Virus record (IMG/VR): IMGVR_UViG_3300025941_000016
Span: 35,987 to 99,986 of that record
DNA: 64,000 nucleotides
Origin: a virus
Reading direction: 5' to 3' (one strand)
Part shown: in pieces, positions 45,338 through 57,068 of the stretch
Position numbering within the stretch: the stretch's first letter is position 1
Layout: each line of letters begins with the position of its first letter
Program-made: the position numbers and the translations under genes
The notes under the pieces: model-generated
Told to the model about the DNA's origin: nothing
Seen by the model: the letters and a program-made list of their open reading frames with translations, nothing else
Database searches by the model: none

Positions 45338-48309
45338 CGGCCACCCCGCACGGGTCGGGCTCCAACATCAGATCAACGAACGTGACGCACAACGGGCAGT
45401 ACAGGCCGTCGTGCTCGCCGCAGAAGTCGTCGGTCTGTACCCAAGACCGCTCCCACTCATGGGCGCAGGGATCGTCGTCGTCCTGCTGTTCAGGAAGCAG
45501 ACCCATCCCTGTCCTCCAACCCGAGGATCTTCCGGCACTCGCCGTCGTTCTTCGGGCTCCCGATGCCCTGCGGCAACCCGTTGACCGTGCAACACCGCCG
45601 GCAGCGGGGTAGCGACATCCGGGAGAACACCCCGGGAATCGACAAGCCATCGACCAGTCGGCCACAGTCCAGGCGGAACGGGCCGTCGTGGGGAACCTCG
45701 ACGCCAAGCGTGCCGTCGTCTTCGAGCCCTTCGGCCTGATCGGCGGTCAGCACGGCGTGGTGAAGGCGACCTCCGGTGCCAGTGAGTACCCAGTCGAGGT
45801 CGTGGAGGGTACGGGTGTCAGCCATGGCGGCCTTCCAAGGTGTTACTGGGCGAACCGCCGTCCGGTGGGAAGCTCTCCACGTCGTCGGCCCACAGTGCCG
45901 GGATGACATCCTCGGGGACCCTCGGATGGCCCCCAAGGTGGTCCACCATCTCCTGTGTCGAGTGGGCCTTGAACGAATCCGGGCCGAGCGAGCAGAAGCA
46001 GCACTCCAGCCAGCCGTCTACGTGCAAGTAGACGTAGACGTCGGAGTCTTCGGCGAACCGGGCGTAGCTCACCTCAGCGCCTCCCGGATCGCGTCGGCCA
46101 GCGGGCCGCGCGACTCGACATCGACCAGCGCCCACCAGACAGCGGACATCAGCTCGTGGTCGGCCTCCCGCTGGGGTCGAAGCCCTGCCGAGTCGAGCCG
46201 CCAGCCGTCGTCGTAGTGGCCCTTGCAGCGCTCGCAGACGTAGCCGACACCGCGCGTCTTCGCGAACACCAGCGGTAGTTCGCAGCACTCGCATATGAAC
46301 TGCGGGATTGGGATCTCACGGGGTCGCCCCTCGGCGGGGCCATCGGTCGGGTCAGGCATGGCAGCACCGCCCGTTGCTCGGGAAGCAGTGGCGCCGATAG
46401 TCGCCGCGCAGCACCGCCACACCCTGCGACAGCCACGGCCACGTGTAGACATCGACCCCGCTACCGGTCGTGTAGTTCACGACCCGGAGGGTGGACTTGA
46501 GTGCTTCGGTCAGCCGCAGGTCGGGCAGGGGACAGAAACCTCTACGGGCCTCGTCGAACATCACGTCCACCAGCACCTGCCGGTCTTGGTCGCAGACGAA
46601 CAGCTCGACCGGGTCGACGTACAGCGCGGAGAAAATCTTCGAGAGGGCGGATTGGACGCTGTCATGCACGTTCCGCGCGCCCGGGGTGTCGAACGCGCGG
46701 GTCAGGTCGCGGTGGTCGTACCAGACGCTCATCTGGTGGGCTGGAACGGTTTCAGGCATGGTCACCTTCCCGGCCGAGTGCCGCGTCGACAACGGCCCGC
46801 AGCCACGGCTCGTCGACATGGGCACGGGCGTCCCGTTCGATGTGATCGCCCCATCCGTTCGAGGCCGACGCGATGTCGCCGTAGTTGAACCGGGCGCGGC
46901 AGTAGGCGCGAGCAGCGGCCCGGTAGGGGTCCGCGGGGGGAGTGCTCGCACCATGGCGGGCGGAGCGGCGACCCAACGCGAACCCAGCGGCGATCAGAAG
47001 AACCGCGAGGAAAATGGTCATGTAAGCACCACTCCGTACCGTTCGCCCGAAGGGATCTGCCGCTCCTCCACCACGACGCCATCACGGACGACGGTCAGGT
47101 CCGCGGGATGCTCACAGCGAGCCCAGACAGTTGTCGTACCAACGTGGATGCGGTGGAACTCCCGGAACCCGCAGCGGACCGAGCACGAGATGTGCAGGTA
47201 GGCGGGAAGTTCGGCGGGCGGGCCAAACTCCTGCCACTTCGGGTTGTCCAAATCTTCGAGGATGCTCGGCAGGTCGTCATACTCCTGGTAGTGGTACCAG
47301 TACGACTCGCCGTGGAGGCAGGAGATCTCCCCGTCAAGGTCGACCACACCGCCCGCTGTCACCTCGGAGATGTCACCCTCGCCGCCCGACACCGACCCGC
47401 AGACCGCGTCAGGGCAGCACAGCAGATGGGCGCGTGCCCGGCCGAGAGGTTCACTGTCTGTCCAGTCGCGGTAGGCGATGCGGAACTGGGCGAGCATCCA
47501 ACGCTCGACCTTGGCGTTCGCATCCGGCGACAGGCTGTAGATGTCGCTCATTGCCGTCTCCTTCTCCACCAGCGGCGGCGGACAGGCCGCGGCTTCGGCG
47601 AGGGTGTTGACTTGCCGGCCAGCATCCGTTCCACAGCGTCGGCCGCCGTGTCGCCGAACACGGCGCGGACCAGTTCCGGATCTGATGTTGACCAGCCGAC
47701 GGCAGGCGGATGCGGACCGGGCAGCGTTACCGACACCATGCCGTCGGACACCTCGGTCGTGCCGGGCACCGTCGAACCGGGATCGGTGCCCGTGCCGACC
47801 GCGGTCACACGGATCGTGAACGTCGGCGGGATGAGAGGCGAGACATCATCGGTGCTCACGCCGCCACCTCCCGCCACTTGAGGATGTTGGTCAGCGAGTA
47901 GGCGACCAGCGGCGGGTTGAACACCACATCGCCGCGCTGCAAAGCCCGGCCAAGGAGGAACAGCGCCCCATCGGACACCCGGACCTTGGCGACGGCGGGA
48001 ACGGTCTCCGTCTCGCCGAGCATCGTTGACACCTCAACAGTGAACGTCACGCCGCGACCACCTTCGGTTCGTCGGCGTACCGCCAGAGCACGCCGCGCGG
48101 ATCACGCTCTGCCTCAACGGGTCGCAGCCGGCCGACCGCGGCAAGAAGCTGTTCGAGATGTGTGACCACCTCGGGCCGCGGGCCGTGGCGGGGAAAGTCG
48201 TGGTCGCGGACACACGGGTCGAACCAGCCTTCACCGTTCGGTGCTACACCCGCGCTCTGCGCAGGGGGCGGATCGGCTGGGATCGGAGGCCGCCCGCCAT
48301 ACCAGCCGA

Positions 48310-49047
48310 TCATGCAGCCCTCCCCGGGGTCAGCTCGTGCAGACGGTCATGCCCAACCCGCCACGCATGGCGCATCGACCGTTCCGACCGGCGACACAGC
48401 ACCAAAGGCAACTGGCCCCAGCAGACAGGGCAGGCAGGGTCGCGGCGGTCCGCGCAGCCGGAACAGAGGGCACGGCAGGATGGATACCGCTCGTCGTCGT
48501 GACAACCATCCATGCCGCCCATCGAGCAGTAGACATCCCCCGACTTCGGGTCCTGGACCAGTGTGCGATTCCCACACACCCCGCAGCGGGCACCGGGGGA
48601 GCGGATCGGAACAGGAGCACGCTCAAACCGCAACATGATCAGTGCTTGGGCGCGTAGCGACCGGAAATCGGCCAGCACCTCTTCGCGATGCTCCGAACGG
48701 CCAGCAAGATCCGGCAGGTTCTTCAGGCACCACTCAAGGTCGAGGGTGCGCGGAACCGGGCCATCCCAGTCCACCACCCGATGCGTTTTCCGCACCCAGT
48801 AGAACACCTCCCGCTGGACCTCTTCGGCCAGGGACAGCGCCAGGACATCCCCGGGGGCCTGCGAATGCGGCTTCGCGGGTCGGATCGACACGTCGTCGCC
48901 TTGAAGCCGGGAGGTGTGCTGGTGGTACAGGCGGAACGCGAGCGGCGTGTCCTCGCCGTCGTCGTTGTCGCCGGACGGCTTGTAGGAGCGGTAAAAGTCC
49001 CACAGCAGACCGCGAATCTCTTCCGCAATAGGGTCGAGGACCGTCAC
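48310..49047 (-). CDS. Cys-rich protein, possible late-gene regulator
   Basis: Helical N-terminal half followed by several CxxC pairs. The function is inferred only. Confidence 0.5.
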   Translation of the reverse strand: MTVLDPIAEEIRGLLWDFYRSYKPSGDNDDGEDTPLAFRLYHQHTSRLQGDDVSIRPAKPHSQAPGDVLALSLAEEVQREVFYWVRKTHRVVDWDGPVPRTLDLEWCLKNLPDLAGRSEHREEVLADFRSLRAQALIMLRFERAPVPIRSPGARCGVCGNRTLVQDPKSGDVYCSMGGMDGCHDDERYPSCRALCSGCADRRDPACPVCWGQLPLVLCRRSERSMRHAWRVGHDRLHELTPGRAA

Positions 49048-49122
49048 AGTTCCGATTCTATCGCCGCAACAGTGCAGGTCAGACGCAGTGTGCCGCACGC
49101 TGGTTAACGGACGTAACCGACG

Positions 49123-50175
49123 TCAGAGAACGCCGAGCATCGCGTTGTCCTTCCACTTGTCCGCCCCGCGAATGTAACGGTGGGCCGTCGTCGACCCGTC
49201 AACCCACCGTCCATGCCGCGTCACCGCCGACAACGGATTACCCGCCTCGTAGGCCGCTGTCGCGCCACCTGCACGCAGCGAGTGAGAGGTGAAGGTCTCG
49301 GCCGCGGGCAAGTCCGCGCGCACCGCAAGGCCCTTCACGATGCGGTTCACCGCGTCAGGCGTGAGGGAGTCGGTCGGCTGGCCCCAGCGGTTCACCTTCC
49401 GCAGTAGGCGTCCAGTCGTGATGCCATGGGCTGCCAGCGCGGATCGCCATTCGCGGACGGCGCGAACCGGGCAGACAGTCTGGTCGCGCAACGCGGGGGG
49501 GACGGCGACCTCGACCCCCTTCGCATCCTTGTCCGTCTTGGACTGGGCGATGTAGATGACAAGCCCGTCCTTCGTCTCGACGACGTCGCCGAGCATGAGC
49601 TGTGCGAGTTCGGAGCGGCGGGCCATGAGCGAGAACCCGAGGGTGACGATGACCCGGTCGCGCTTCCCGGCCAGGATGACCCGGGCGCGGTCACGGTCGC
49701 TCAGCGCCCCGACGTCTCGGTAAGTCGCGGCGACGAGAGCGTGAAGTGCGTCGGCGACCACTGGCGGGGCCTGCTTCTCGCGGATGCCCGCGGCGGCGCG
49801 GTGGCGTCGGTAGGCGCGTAGCGCACGGTTGGCCTGCCGCGGGTCGGGCGGCGAGAGCTTCAGGTCTTGGTGGCCGATGCTGATGGCGGCCATGGCCTGC
49901 TTGATGGTCGACGGCGCGAGGGTGAGTGCCGCGAGGTGGGTGACATACTCGGCCAGCGTCTCGGCGGTCGCGGGCAGGGGAGTGCGGCCCGTTTCGGCGC
50001 ACCACTGACTAAACCACTCGGCCTGGAGTTGATAGGCGCGACGGGTGTTGGCCGCTACACCGTCGTCGATGAGCGCTTGTGCAGCCTCGGACAGTTCGTG
50101 GTCGATCGCGGCGGCAGTCGCGAGGGTGTGCGAGGCAGGTCCCGAACCGGCCGAAACGATCTCCATAAAGATCAC
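49123..50175 (-). CDS. Cre-like tyrosine recombinase
   Basis: Core-binding N-domain (NTRRAY...FSQWC). Catalytic residues in RRSEL (R), SKTD (K), HSLR, GRW and HRY. Confidence 0.92.
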   Translation of the reverse strand: MIFMEIVSAGSGPASHTLATAAAIDHELSEAAQALIDDGVAANTRRAYQLQAEWFSQWCAETGRTPLPATAETLAEYVTHLAALTLAPSTIKQAMAAISIGHQDLKLSPPDPRQANRALRAYRRHRAAAGIREKQAPPVVADALHALVAATYRDVGALSDRDRARVILAGKRDRVIVTLGFSLMARRSELAQLMLGDVVETKDGLVIYIAQSKTDKDAKGVEVAVPPALRDQTVCPVRAVREWRSALAAHGITTGRLLRKVNRWGQPTDSLTPDAVNRIVKGLAVRADLPAAETFTSHSLRAGGATAAYEAGNPLSAVTRHGRWVDGSTTAHRYIRGADKWKDNAMLGVL

Positions 50176-50181
50176 TGCCTT

Positions 50182-50209
50182 TGGTCTGATAAGCGTGGTT
50201 AGGCGGTCT
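50182..50209. promoter_or_regulatory. dif/res-like recombination site candidate
   Basis: TGGTCTGATAA-GCGTGG-TTAGGCGGTCT has 11-6-11 geometry with a TAA-N6-TTA core and lies immediately upstream of the recombinase. Confidence 0.5.
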
Positions 50210-50228
50210 TGATGATAGAATCGAACAT

Positions 50229-50918
50229 GTGAGCACAGTGCATGAGGAAGCCGCGGACGTCATCCTCGACGACCTTCTCTCAGGACCCGAGGGCGGCCAG
50301 ATCCTGCGGATGTTTCAACGAAACCTCCGGGCGGGCGACGTCTACGATCCGGAGCTGGTTAACGCGATTGGCCAAGAGCGTGGCCATCCGACCAGTTGGA
50401 CCGCTGCGCAAGTTGCGACGTTCGGCCGGATCTACGTCGACGTCATGGGCGGCCGCGTCGCGCACGTTGGCATCTATGTAGGAGGTGGCCCCTACGCGGA
50501 CCGGGCGCGAGCGAAAAATGCTGCCCGTCTCTCCGCCGCGGCAAGCCCGTTCGTTGCGACCCTCGACATGGAGCAGAACGGGCACACTGGCGACGGGTGG
50601 CTCCGCTGGACGGAGCCGATCAGCCTGCACAAGTCCACGGGCCTGCCATACATCGAACCCGACGGCAGCGAACTGCCGCTCTACATCCCCACCGCCGTCG
50701 CTCCAGGATCGGTGCCGCTGGAGGTTGGTACGAGCAAGGCGAGCGTGACCTACTGGCACCTTCGGCTCCATGGTGGCGTCGCTCGCTGGCCATACGGCAG
50801 CAACTGGATTCGTCTCCTGCTCGACACGAAAAGGTTCCCGCACAACCCTGGCCTCGTGCCCGCCGAGTCGCGAGCGCTCACATCGGAACAGCTCGCGCGC
50901 CTCAGTCGCATCGGCTAG
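50229..50918 (+). CDS. Antisense moron, hypothetical protein (leaderless)
   Basis: TGA-TAGAAT (hexamer at 50216-50221) lies 7 nt before the GTG; 229 aa. Confidence 0.7.
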   Translation: MSTVHEEAADVILDDLLSGPEGGQILRMFQRNLRAGDVYDPELVNAIGQERGHPTSWTAAQVATFGRIYVDVMGGRVAHVGIYVGGGPYADRARAKNAARLSAAASPFVATLDMEQNGHTGDGWLRWTEPISLHKSTGLPYIEPDGSELPLYIPTAVAPGSVPLEVGTSKASVTYWHLRLHGGVARWPYGSNWIRLLLDTKRFPHNPGLVPAESRALTSEQLARLSRIG

Positions 50919-51799
50919 CCCTACTGCCATCGCCATGGTCGCGCTGCGCCAGTTCAGTTCAGCGGCCCGAGACGACGCATCGCCCCGGCGACGGCGCCCT
51001 CCCAGCGTTCGACACCCATCTAGATCACGCCCGATCCGATGCAGGGCGACCTGCCGTCGTTGTGCTGGGCCAACAGCACCTGACCCGGACGTGGCCCGGT
51101 GCGTGCCGGCTGGTCCGTGTTGCAGTAGGGGCAGCGGCGGTCGCCGAGAGGCTGATCCGCCTGGTGGGGTGTCGAGTCTGGGATAGGGGCGCTCACGGCG
51201 TCTCCCCGTCATCCTTGGCGGCCCAGCCGAACTCCTCACAGTTCTGCCGCCGCGCCTCCGCTCGCATCTGCACCGGGTCCATGCCGAACACCTGGGCGAT
51301 GATGACGTCCACCTCCGCGTCGGAAAAGGCGAACGGATCATCGGTCAGATGGTGGCGCCACTCCTTCTTCGCCTCCGCTTCGGCGGCGATCAGCCGGGCA
51401 GAAGCTGCGGCCAGGCGCTGGCGGGAACGTGTGACCCGGCGGCTTGCCCACCACAGGTAGGCGATCGCGGCGGCACAGACCAAGGCGACACCGGCACACC
51501 AGAGGATCAGCGTTGTCACCGGTCCAGCTCCGTTCGTACCGCATCCACAGCGGCCATCCACGCGGCGCGGGTGGTCACGGGAAGGTCGGCCCATGTGGGC
51601 ATCGGAAGGCCCTGCCAGTTCTTGCCGCCCGTCGAATCGCCGTACGCCGCGTAGGCAGCCTTGGCGAGATGGGCGACCGGTTCGACATCGACAGCCTCGA
51701 CAGCCTCGACAGTGCGGCGACCGCGCAGCCTGCCTACCGCCTTCTCGATGACGCAGGCGGCGACGAACAGGGCGGCGCCGAACAGGAACCCAGTCACGG

Positions 51800-52279
51800 T
51801 CAGCCTCCGTAGGCGGCGAGCAGCCAGCCGGGTCGCTCCGATGATTCGATGCCGAGTGTCGCCATCGCCGCGGACACCGCCTCGAACAGTGGGGCGAGAC
51901 TGCCCACCTGCGGTACCGAGACCGGCCTGTTCCAGTCGGTGCGGAAGGTCGGCTTCGCGGCGAGGATCAGGCTGGTGTCCGTGTCGTCGCCGTGGCGGAT
52001 CAGGTCGACCGTGAGGGCACTGTGGGCCGCGGATCGGCGCTTGTTCCAGGCATCCCAAGTCTTGGGCTGTAGAGCGAAGTCCGGTTCCCGGTCGGTGAAC
52101 CCGGCGAGGCGGTCGCGGAGGAAGTCGGCGATGCCGTCTTCCAACTGTGGCGGGGTGGACCAGTCGTGGTCCTCGTACAGGTCGTCGATCTCGTCGAAGA
52201 TGCCCCGGCGGGTCAGGAAGTAGCCGGAACCGTCGCCGAGGTTGACCCCGTAGGCGAAGATGGCGGACGGGTCGCTCAT
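51800..52279 (-). CDS. Hypothetical protein
   Basis: AIFAYGVNLG...PGWLLAAYGG; fits the operon packing. Confidence 0.65.
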   Translation of the reverse strand: MSDPSAIFAYGVNLGDGSGYFLTRRGIFDEIDDLYEDHDWSTPPQLEDGIADFLRDRLAGFTDREPDFALQPKTWDAWNKRRSAAHSALTVDLIRHGDDTDTSLILAAKPTFRTDWNRPVSVPQVGSLAPLFEAVSAAMATLGIESSERPGWLLAAYGG

Positions 52280-52924
52280 TCAGACCGCCTTCCGTCTGCC
52301 GCACAGCTGGCACTCGAACAACTTCCGCATGCCCGTGTCGATCAGCCAGCCGCGGTCGAAGGCGCGGGGATGGGAGCAGTGGCGGCGGGTCAGCCAGCGA
52401 CGGATGATGGCCTGCCCGAACCGTCGGCTCGTCGTGGCCTTCTGCCAGCAGAGCGCCGACACGAGGGCGTCATCGACCGGGTTGTGTTCGACAAGGTTGG
52501 GCCGACCGGCGAGCTTCCTCCGGTCGGCATGCCGGTCGAAGCCAGCGACCCGGAGCGCTGTGCCCACCTCGTCGAGTGGGTACGGGCCTTCGAAGGTGCG
52601 GATGTCGTCCAGCTCGACGCAGGCGCGGAACAGGCCGGCCTCGACTGGCACACCAAAGTCGGCGATGCAGTCGTCTGAGCTGTCCTTGTGGGCTGTCCAG
52701 AAGTCCCAGAAGGCGTTCAGCAGGTCAGTGCGGTTGTCGTAGCGACACAGGTTGACCGCTGGCACCACGTTCTTGTGTACCCACGGGTCGGTCACCGCGG
52801 CCGGGTCTAGCTGGCCTTCGAAGTGTGCGGCGGTTCCGCCGTCTAGCCAGACGGCGCCGATTGCCCACACATCGCCGTACAGGCCGTCCGTCTCGGCGTC
52901 GACCGAAAAGATCTTTCGCGTCAC
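52280..52924 (-). CDS. DEDDh-type 3'-5' exonuclease-like protein
   Basis: FSVDAETDG (ExoI motif) and HNPVDDA (ExoIII motif). Confidence 0.7.
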   Translation of the reverse strand: MTRKIFSVDAETDGLYGDVWAIGAVWLDGGTAAHFEGQLDPAAVTDPWVHKNVVPAVNLCRYDNRTDLLNAFWDFWTAHKDSSDDCIADFGVPVEAGLFRACVELDDIRTFEGPYPLDEVGTALRVAGFDRHADRRKLAGRPNLVEHNPVDDALVSALCWQKATTSRRFGQAIIRRWLTRRHCSHPRAFDRGWLIDTGMRKLFECQLCGRRKAV

Positions 52925-54680
52925 TGGCTCTCTCCGAACGTGTGTGCGACGCTGTCGCGGTGCATCTGCTCATCGACAGTGAGCTGGTCGTCCCGATCCG
53001 ACCTGCCCGGCCCGATGTGGTCCTCGACCGGTGCGAACAACTCGTCCGCGGCCACGGATTCACCTGGATCGACGGTCCAGATGGTGGGGAGACCGGGGTG
53101 AACTGGCGGGCCGTCGGCACGGTGCTGGTCATCGAGGACTGAGCGCATCAGGACACCTGCACAGCGTCGTCCTGCATCGCCTCGGCCCGATACCGATCGG
53201 CGCTCCGACGAAGGCAAAACCCGTTTACCGGGCCGCTCCAGGTGTCGACCGTCCACCGCTTGAACAGGTGAGGGACCGGCCGGCGCCACACGTTCCACAG
53301 CAGCCGCGTCGACCAGGGGGTGCGGCGGACGACAATGCACAACGCCGAACGGTCGGCGTGGAGCCATTCGCCGTTGTCGTCGTCGCCGAACCAGTTCACC
53401 GGCAGATGGCAGATGAAACACAGATTGTCAGCCATCGACCTCTCCCCCTCTCCGGGCCTCCCGGGCAGCGGCCCGAGCCTCAGACGGGTAGACGTGGTAC
53501 AGGTCAAGTTCTTCGGTTAGCTGGACCAGGTCGGCGAGCGCCCGGCTCTGCCGCCGCCATTGGCGCCAAGTCCGCGGATGGGTCCACCTCCAACGCCAGC
53601 GGTCGCAGCCACACAGGCCGCAGTCCGACCCGGGCCGGTAGTGCTCATGTGAACGGCCGTGGCCGCAGACGCAGTTGCCGAGTTTGTAGCGGATGACGGT
53701 CTTAGGCATCGGAGCTGCCACCTCGCTCGCGGGTCGCGTAGCGGTGGATCAGCGCAAGGAGATGGTCGATCGTCTGCGCGGCGGTGAACCAGCCGGCGTC
53801 AGGATGCTCGTAGCCCTCTTCCCAGTCCGGGGAGCCCACCGGCTCCCCACCAACCCCGAGGGAAACCCACCCGTGGCGGGCGCGGAAGTAGAAGCCCACC
53901 CCGCCGATCTGGCCGCCGATCTGATTCGGGACGGACGGGCAGGTCACTTCGGCGGTGACCCCCTCCGGCATGGCGGCCTGTACCCGGGGGTCGTCCCAGA
54001 TCAGGTCGTCGGGCAGGTCAGCCATCGGACGTCTCCCCCTCGCCGAGCAGGGCGGCGCGCCAAGCCGGGTCGTTCAGGCTCGGGCGGGTGGGCAGGCTAC
54101 TTGCAGCCCCACTTCCAACTCCGCTTGCGGCTTCTACCTGCACCTGCAAGCGATCCGGCGAGTTACTTGTAACTTCGACGTCGTCGAGGGCGCGCAAGGT
54201 CGGACACTTCTGCGTCGGGCCGTACCAGGTCGTCCAGGCGTGCGTCGGCTTCGATGTGCAGTAGTGGCTACCAGCGTGCAACGCCCGAACCCGGGCCACC
54301 TGCGCTTCGGCGCGGACCGCACGGGCCAGCAGGGCGGTGACCTGGGCCAAGGTGTCCGTGGTTTCAACCATCACGCCCACTCCCTTCCAGGAAACAGGGT
54401 CCGGTCCCTACCGCACCGCGAACACCGCCGTGACCATTCCGGCTCGTAGTACGACTCCATACCGGGCGGATCGCCTATCAGCAGATCCTCATGGGGCAGG
54501 TGTTTGCGGCATCCGAAACACCAACGCTCGCCTGCCGGTTCACGACGGTAGATATGCGCACCGCCGAGACAGATGACAGCGCCGCCACCCAGTTCCATAC
54601 ACGTCACGACTCTGCCATTCTACCGCGAATAACATCCGAATAGGTGGCGGCAATGTGCGTGTCGGACCCGTCTTCGCCGT

Positions 54681-55112
54681 TCATGCTGCATCGTCCTCGA
54701 CGTCGACGATCCGGTGGCCGATACGACGGCACCGGTCCGAACACCACCACGGGCCGGCAGCCCGCCGGCCCTTCGACCAGGGAATGACCCGGTCGCAGGC
54801 AGGGCAGTGTTTGAACGCCGGACCCACCCCCGCGACAGCGGGAACAGGTCGGATGTACTGCCGTGAGTTTCGTATCTGCCGGTCCCGCTCATCGGCGGTC
54901 AGGCCGGCGACAATCCCCCACCCCCCGACCGCGGTCAGATCTGCTTGGCAGCGAGCGAGGACCGGGCAGCGGGCACAGATCGCCTTCGCCTCCACGACCG
55001 CGGCGGGCATGCCCATCGCGGCATGGTCGAACACCTCCATGTAATGGACGCAGATGCCTCTACCTTCGAGGTTCGGCAAACCGTCGAGCACCGCTTCGAC
55101 GAGAGACGTCAT
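54681..55112 (-). CDS. whiB: WhiB-family transcription factor with C-terminal Zn ribbon
   Basis: C...AKAICARCPVLARC...GIVAGLTADER, then CPAC...CSDRC. Confidence 0.8.
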   Translation of the reverse strand: MTSLVEAVLDGLPNLEGRGICVHYMEVFDHAAMGMPAAVVEAKAICARCPVLARCQADLTAVGGWGIVAGLTADERDRQIRNSRQYIRPVPAVAGVGPAFKHCPACDRVIPWSKGRRAAGPWWCSDRCRRIGHRIVDVEDDAA

Positions 55113-55504
55113 GCTGCCACCTGCCAGGCGGGTCCCAACTCACGCAGCCGCGCCCGATCACGGACCACCAGCCGATCTGTCATTCCAAGCGATCCGGCGA
55201 TCTCCCGGGCAGAATGGCCCTTGGCGGTCAAAATCCGCACAGCCTCCAACCGCTCCGCTGGGAGCAGGTCGGCGGCCTTCGCCCTGCCTTCGACTGCGCG
55301 CTGGACCATGACCGAGTCGGCGGCCAGGTCGCCTCGTTGGCAGGTGAGGCATGTACGAGGCCGCGACCCGGAAGGGTGTTCGATGATCTCGTGGCCCTCA
55401 TGGTCGGCGTCGAACTGGGTGCGGCGCCGCTGGTTCTGTATCTCCCAGCGGTGATGGCGGCGGCGCTGGTCCGGGGTCAGCCGCGCCCATCGTTCGGCGT
55501 TCAC
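55109..55504 (-). CDS. HTH DNA-binding protein
   Basis: GHSAREIAGSLGMTDRLVVRDR, with an upstream CLTC. Confidence 0.7.
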   Translation of the reverse strand: MNAERWARLTPDQRRRHHRWEIQNQRRRTQFDADHEGHEIIEHPSGSRPRTCLTCQRGDLAADSVMVQRAVEGRAKAADLLPAERLEAVRILTAKGHSAREIAGSLGMTDRLVVRDRARLRELGPAWQVAA

Positions 55505-55673
55505 CGCGCCGCCTGCGTGGTGCCGTCCAAGCCAAGCATGGCCAGCCCGTCGCCGGTCTCCTCCTCCGACCAGCCGAAGATGCCGGCGAGGCGGCGGAAG
55601 TTCGCCGTCGCTTTCGCCTTCACCTCGGCTGACGGGTCGGGTGCCTTCAAGGCCGGCAAATCGGGCAGGTCGC

Positions 55674-56174
55674 TCATCGCTGCACCTCCGAAATGGTGAT
55701 CCGGACTCCGGGGAGGCTCATCGGGCAGCCCGGTCCGTCGGCATAGTGCTGCGACGCGGACAGCTCGACGACCTGCGAATCGTCGACGTAGATCCGGGAG
55801 ATCGTGATCGCGTCGAAAACAGCGCGGGTCAGTTTGTCCAAGTCCCCCGTCGACTGGGTGGTCGGCGTGTTCCACGCTTCGCGGGTCCGCCAGCCCTTTG
55901 GCGCTAACGCCCGCTGGCGGACCGCGAACACCAGCTCCAGCCGCACTGGGCCGTACAACGATCCCCTACGTCCTGCGTGGGCGTTCCACGCTTCACGCGC
56001 CCGCAGGACGACGTTCGACCGCCAGGCGTCCAGCTTCGGGTTGTCGGAGACAAGGACCGTCTTCCCTCCCCGGCGGATCGGCTTCATGGAGCCCTGCGGG
56101 ATCGGGTCGCCGTACACCGTGAAGGTGAGTGGGGCAGTCTCCGCGGTCGGCGCCGAGGATGCGAGGGCGGTCAT
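55674..56174 (-). CDS. rusA: RusA Holliday junction resolvase
   Basis: ATG at 56174. FTVYGDPIPQGS, GDLDKLTRAVFDAI, DDSQVV. Confidence 0.9.
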   Translation of the reverse strand: MTALASSAPTAETAPLTFTVYGDPIPQGSMKPIRRGGKTVLVSDNPKLDAWRSNVVLRAREAWNAHAGRRGSLYGPVRLELVFAVRQRALAPKGWRTREAWNTPTTQSTGDLDKLTRAVFDAITISRIYVDDSQVVELSASQHYADGPGCPMSLPGVRITISEVQR

Positions 56175-57068
56175 GCCGCCACCTCCCCGGCGACCCGTTC
56201 CGGAGCGGCCGGCTGCTTGTCCGCGTGAAGGCCACACCGGTTCGCCAGAAGCGCCATCTCGCTCTTCCACCTGTTGGCGTCGGTGAGGACACCCGGGCGG
56301 GAAACGCGGAGCTGGTCGCAGCCGCAGTGCAGCCGCAGCACCGACAGCACGGGGACCGTGGCGATGGTGCGGACTCCTTGGAGGTCGTTGCACTCGGTGC
56401 GGGCCAGATCGCCGGCCTGCCACGGCTGCCGGGTGGTCATCGGGCGCCGGCCGACGAGTCGGTGATGCGGACAATCCCGCCATGTGGCAGCGCCCGCAGC
56501 TTGGCGGTGTGCTCGACGCAGAGGATCGTGTAGCCCTCGGCCCACACCGTTTTGTCCAACCACACCTCGTAGGCGTGGGGCTCGTCGCAGTCGGCCTCCC
56601 AGACGGGACGGTCGAGGATGCCGGAGGCGTCGATCAGGCCCGGGTCTTCGCCGTCGGCGAGAACAAGACCCCAGCCCCAGCATTCGGACCGCTCGGCGGC
56701 CAGATCCGGATGAGTGGTCATCGGGCACCTGCCCGGCGTTGCACGGACCAGAAGGCGACCTTGACCGACACGGCAACAGTGAGCACGACGTACAGTGCGA
56801 CCTCGATAGTTGAGAACCTGCGGATCGGGTAGAAGACGACCAGCGGAAACAGCCACAGCCACGGGAAACCGCGACGGTCTCCACACCGGAACCGGAGGAT
56901 CGCATCACTCACGACCGAGCCGCCCGCCGCTGCGGCGACGATGGACAGCAGGACAACCGTCGGCATCAGGCATCCCCTGTCCGGGTGGTGTGCGTCCAGC
57001 CGGCGGCAACACCGACCAGACCGGCGATGGCCATCACCGCGGCGACACGGATCGCGAACCGGAACAGG

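Larger units (their letters stand above)
42226..48313 (-). other. Array of about 20 small, tightly coupled hypothetical genes, many Cys/His-rich
   Basis: Successive ORFs with 4-11 nt overlaps, for example 42542-42775, 42935-43180, 43173-43478, 43475-43777, 46752-47021, 47856-48050 and 48047-48313. Confidence 0.65.

Noticed and set aside
50221-50236. LexA SOS box (TCGAAC-ATGT-GAGCAC)
   Set aside because: Only the left half matches TCGAAC-N4-GTTCGA, which is too weak to call.
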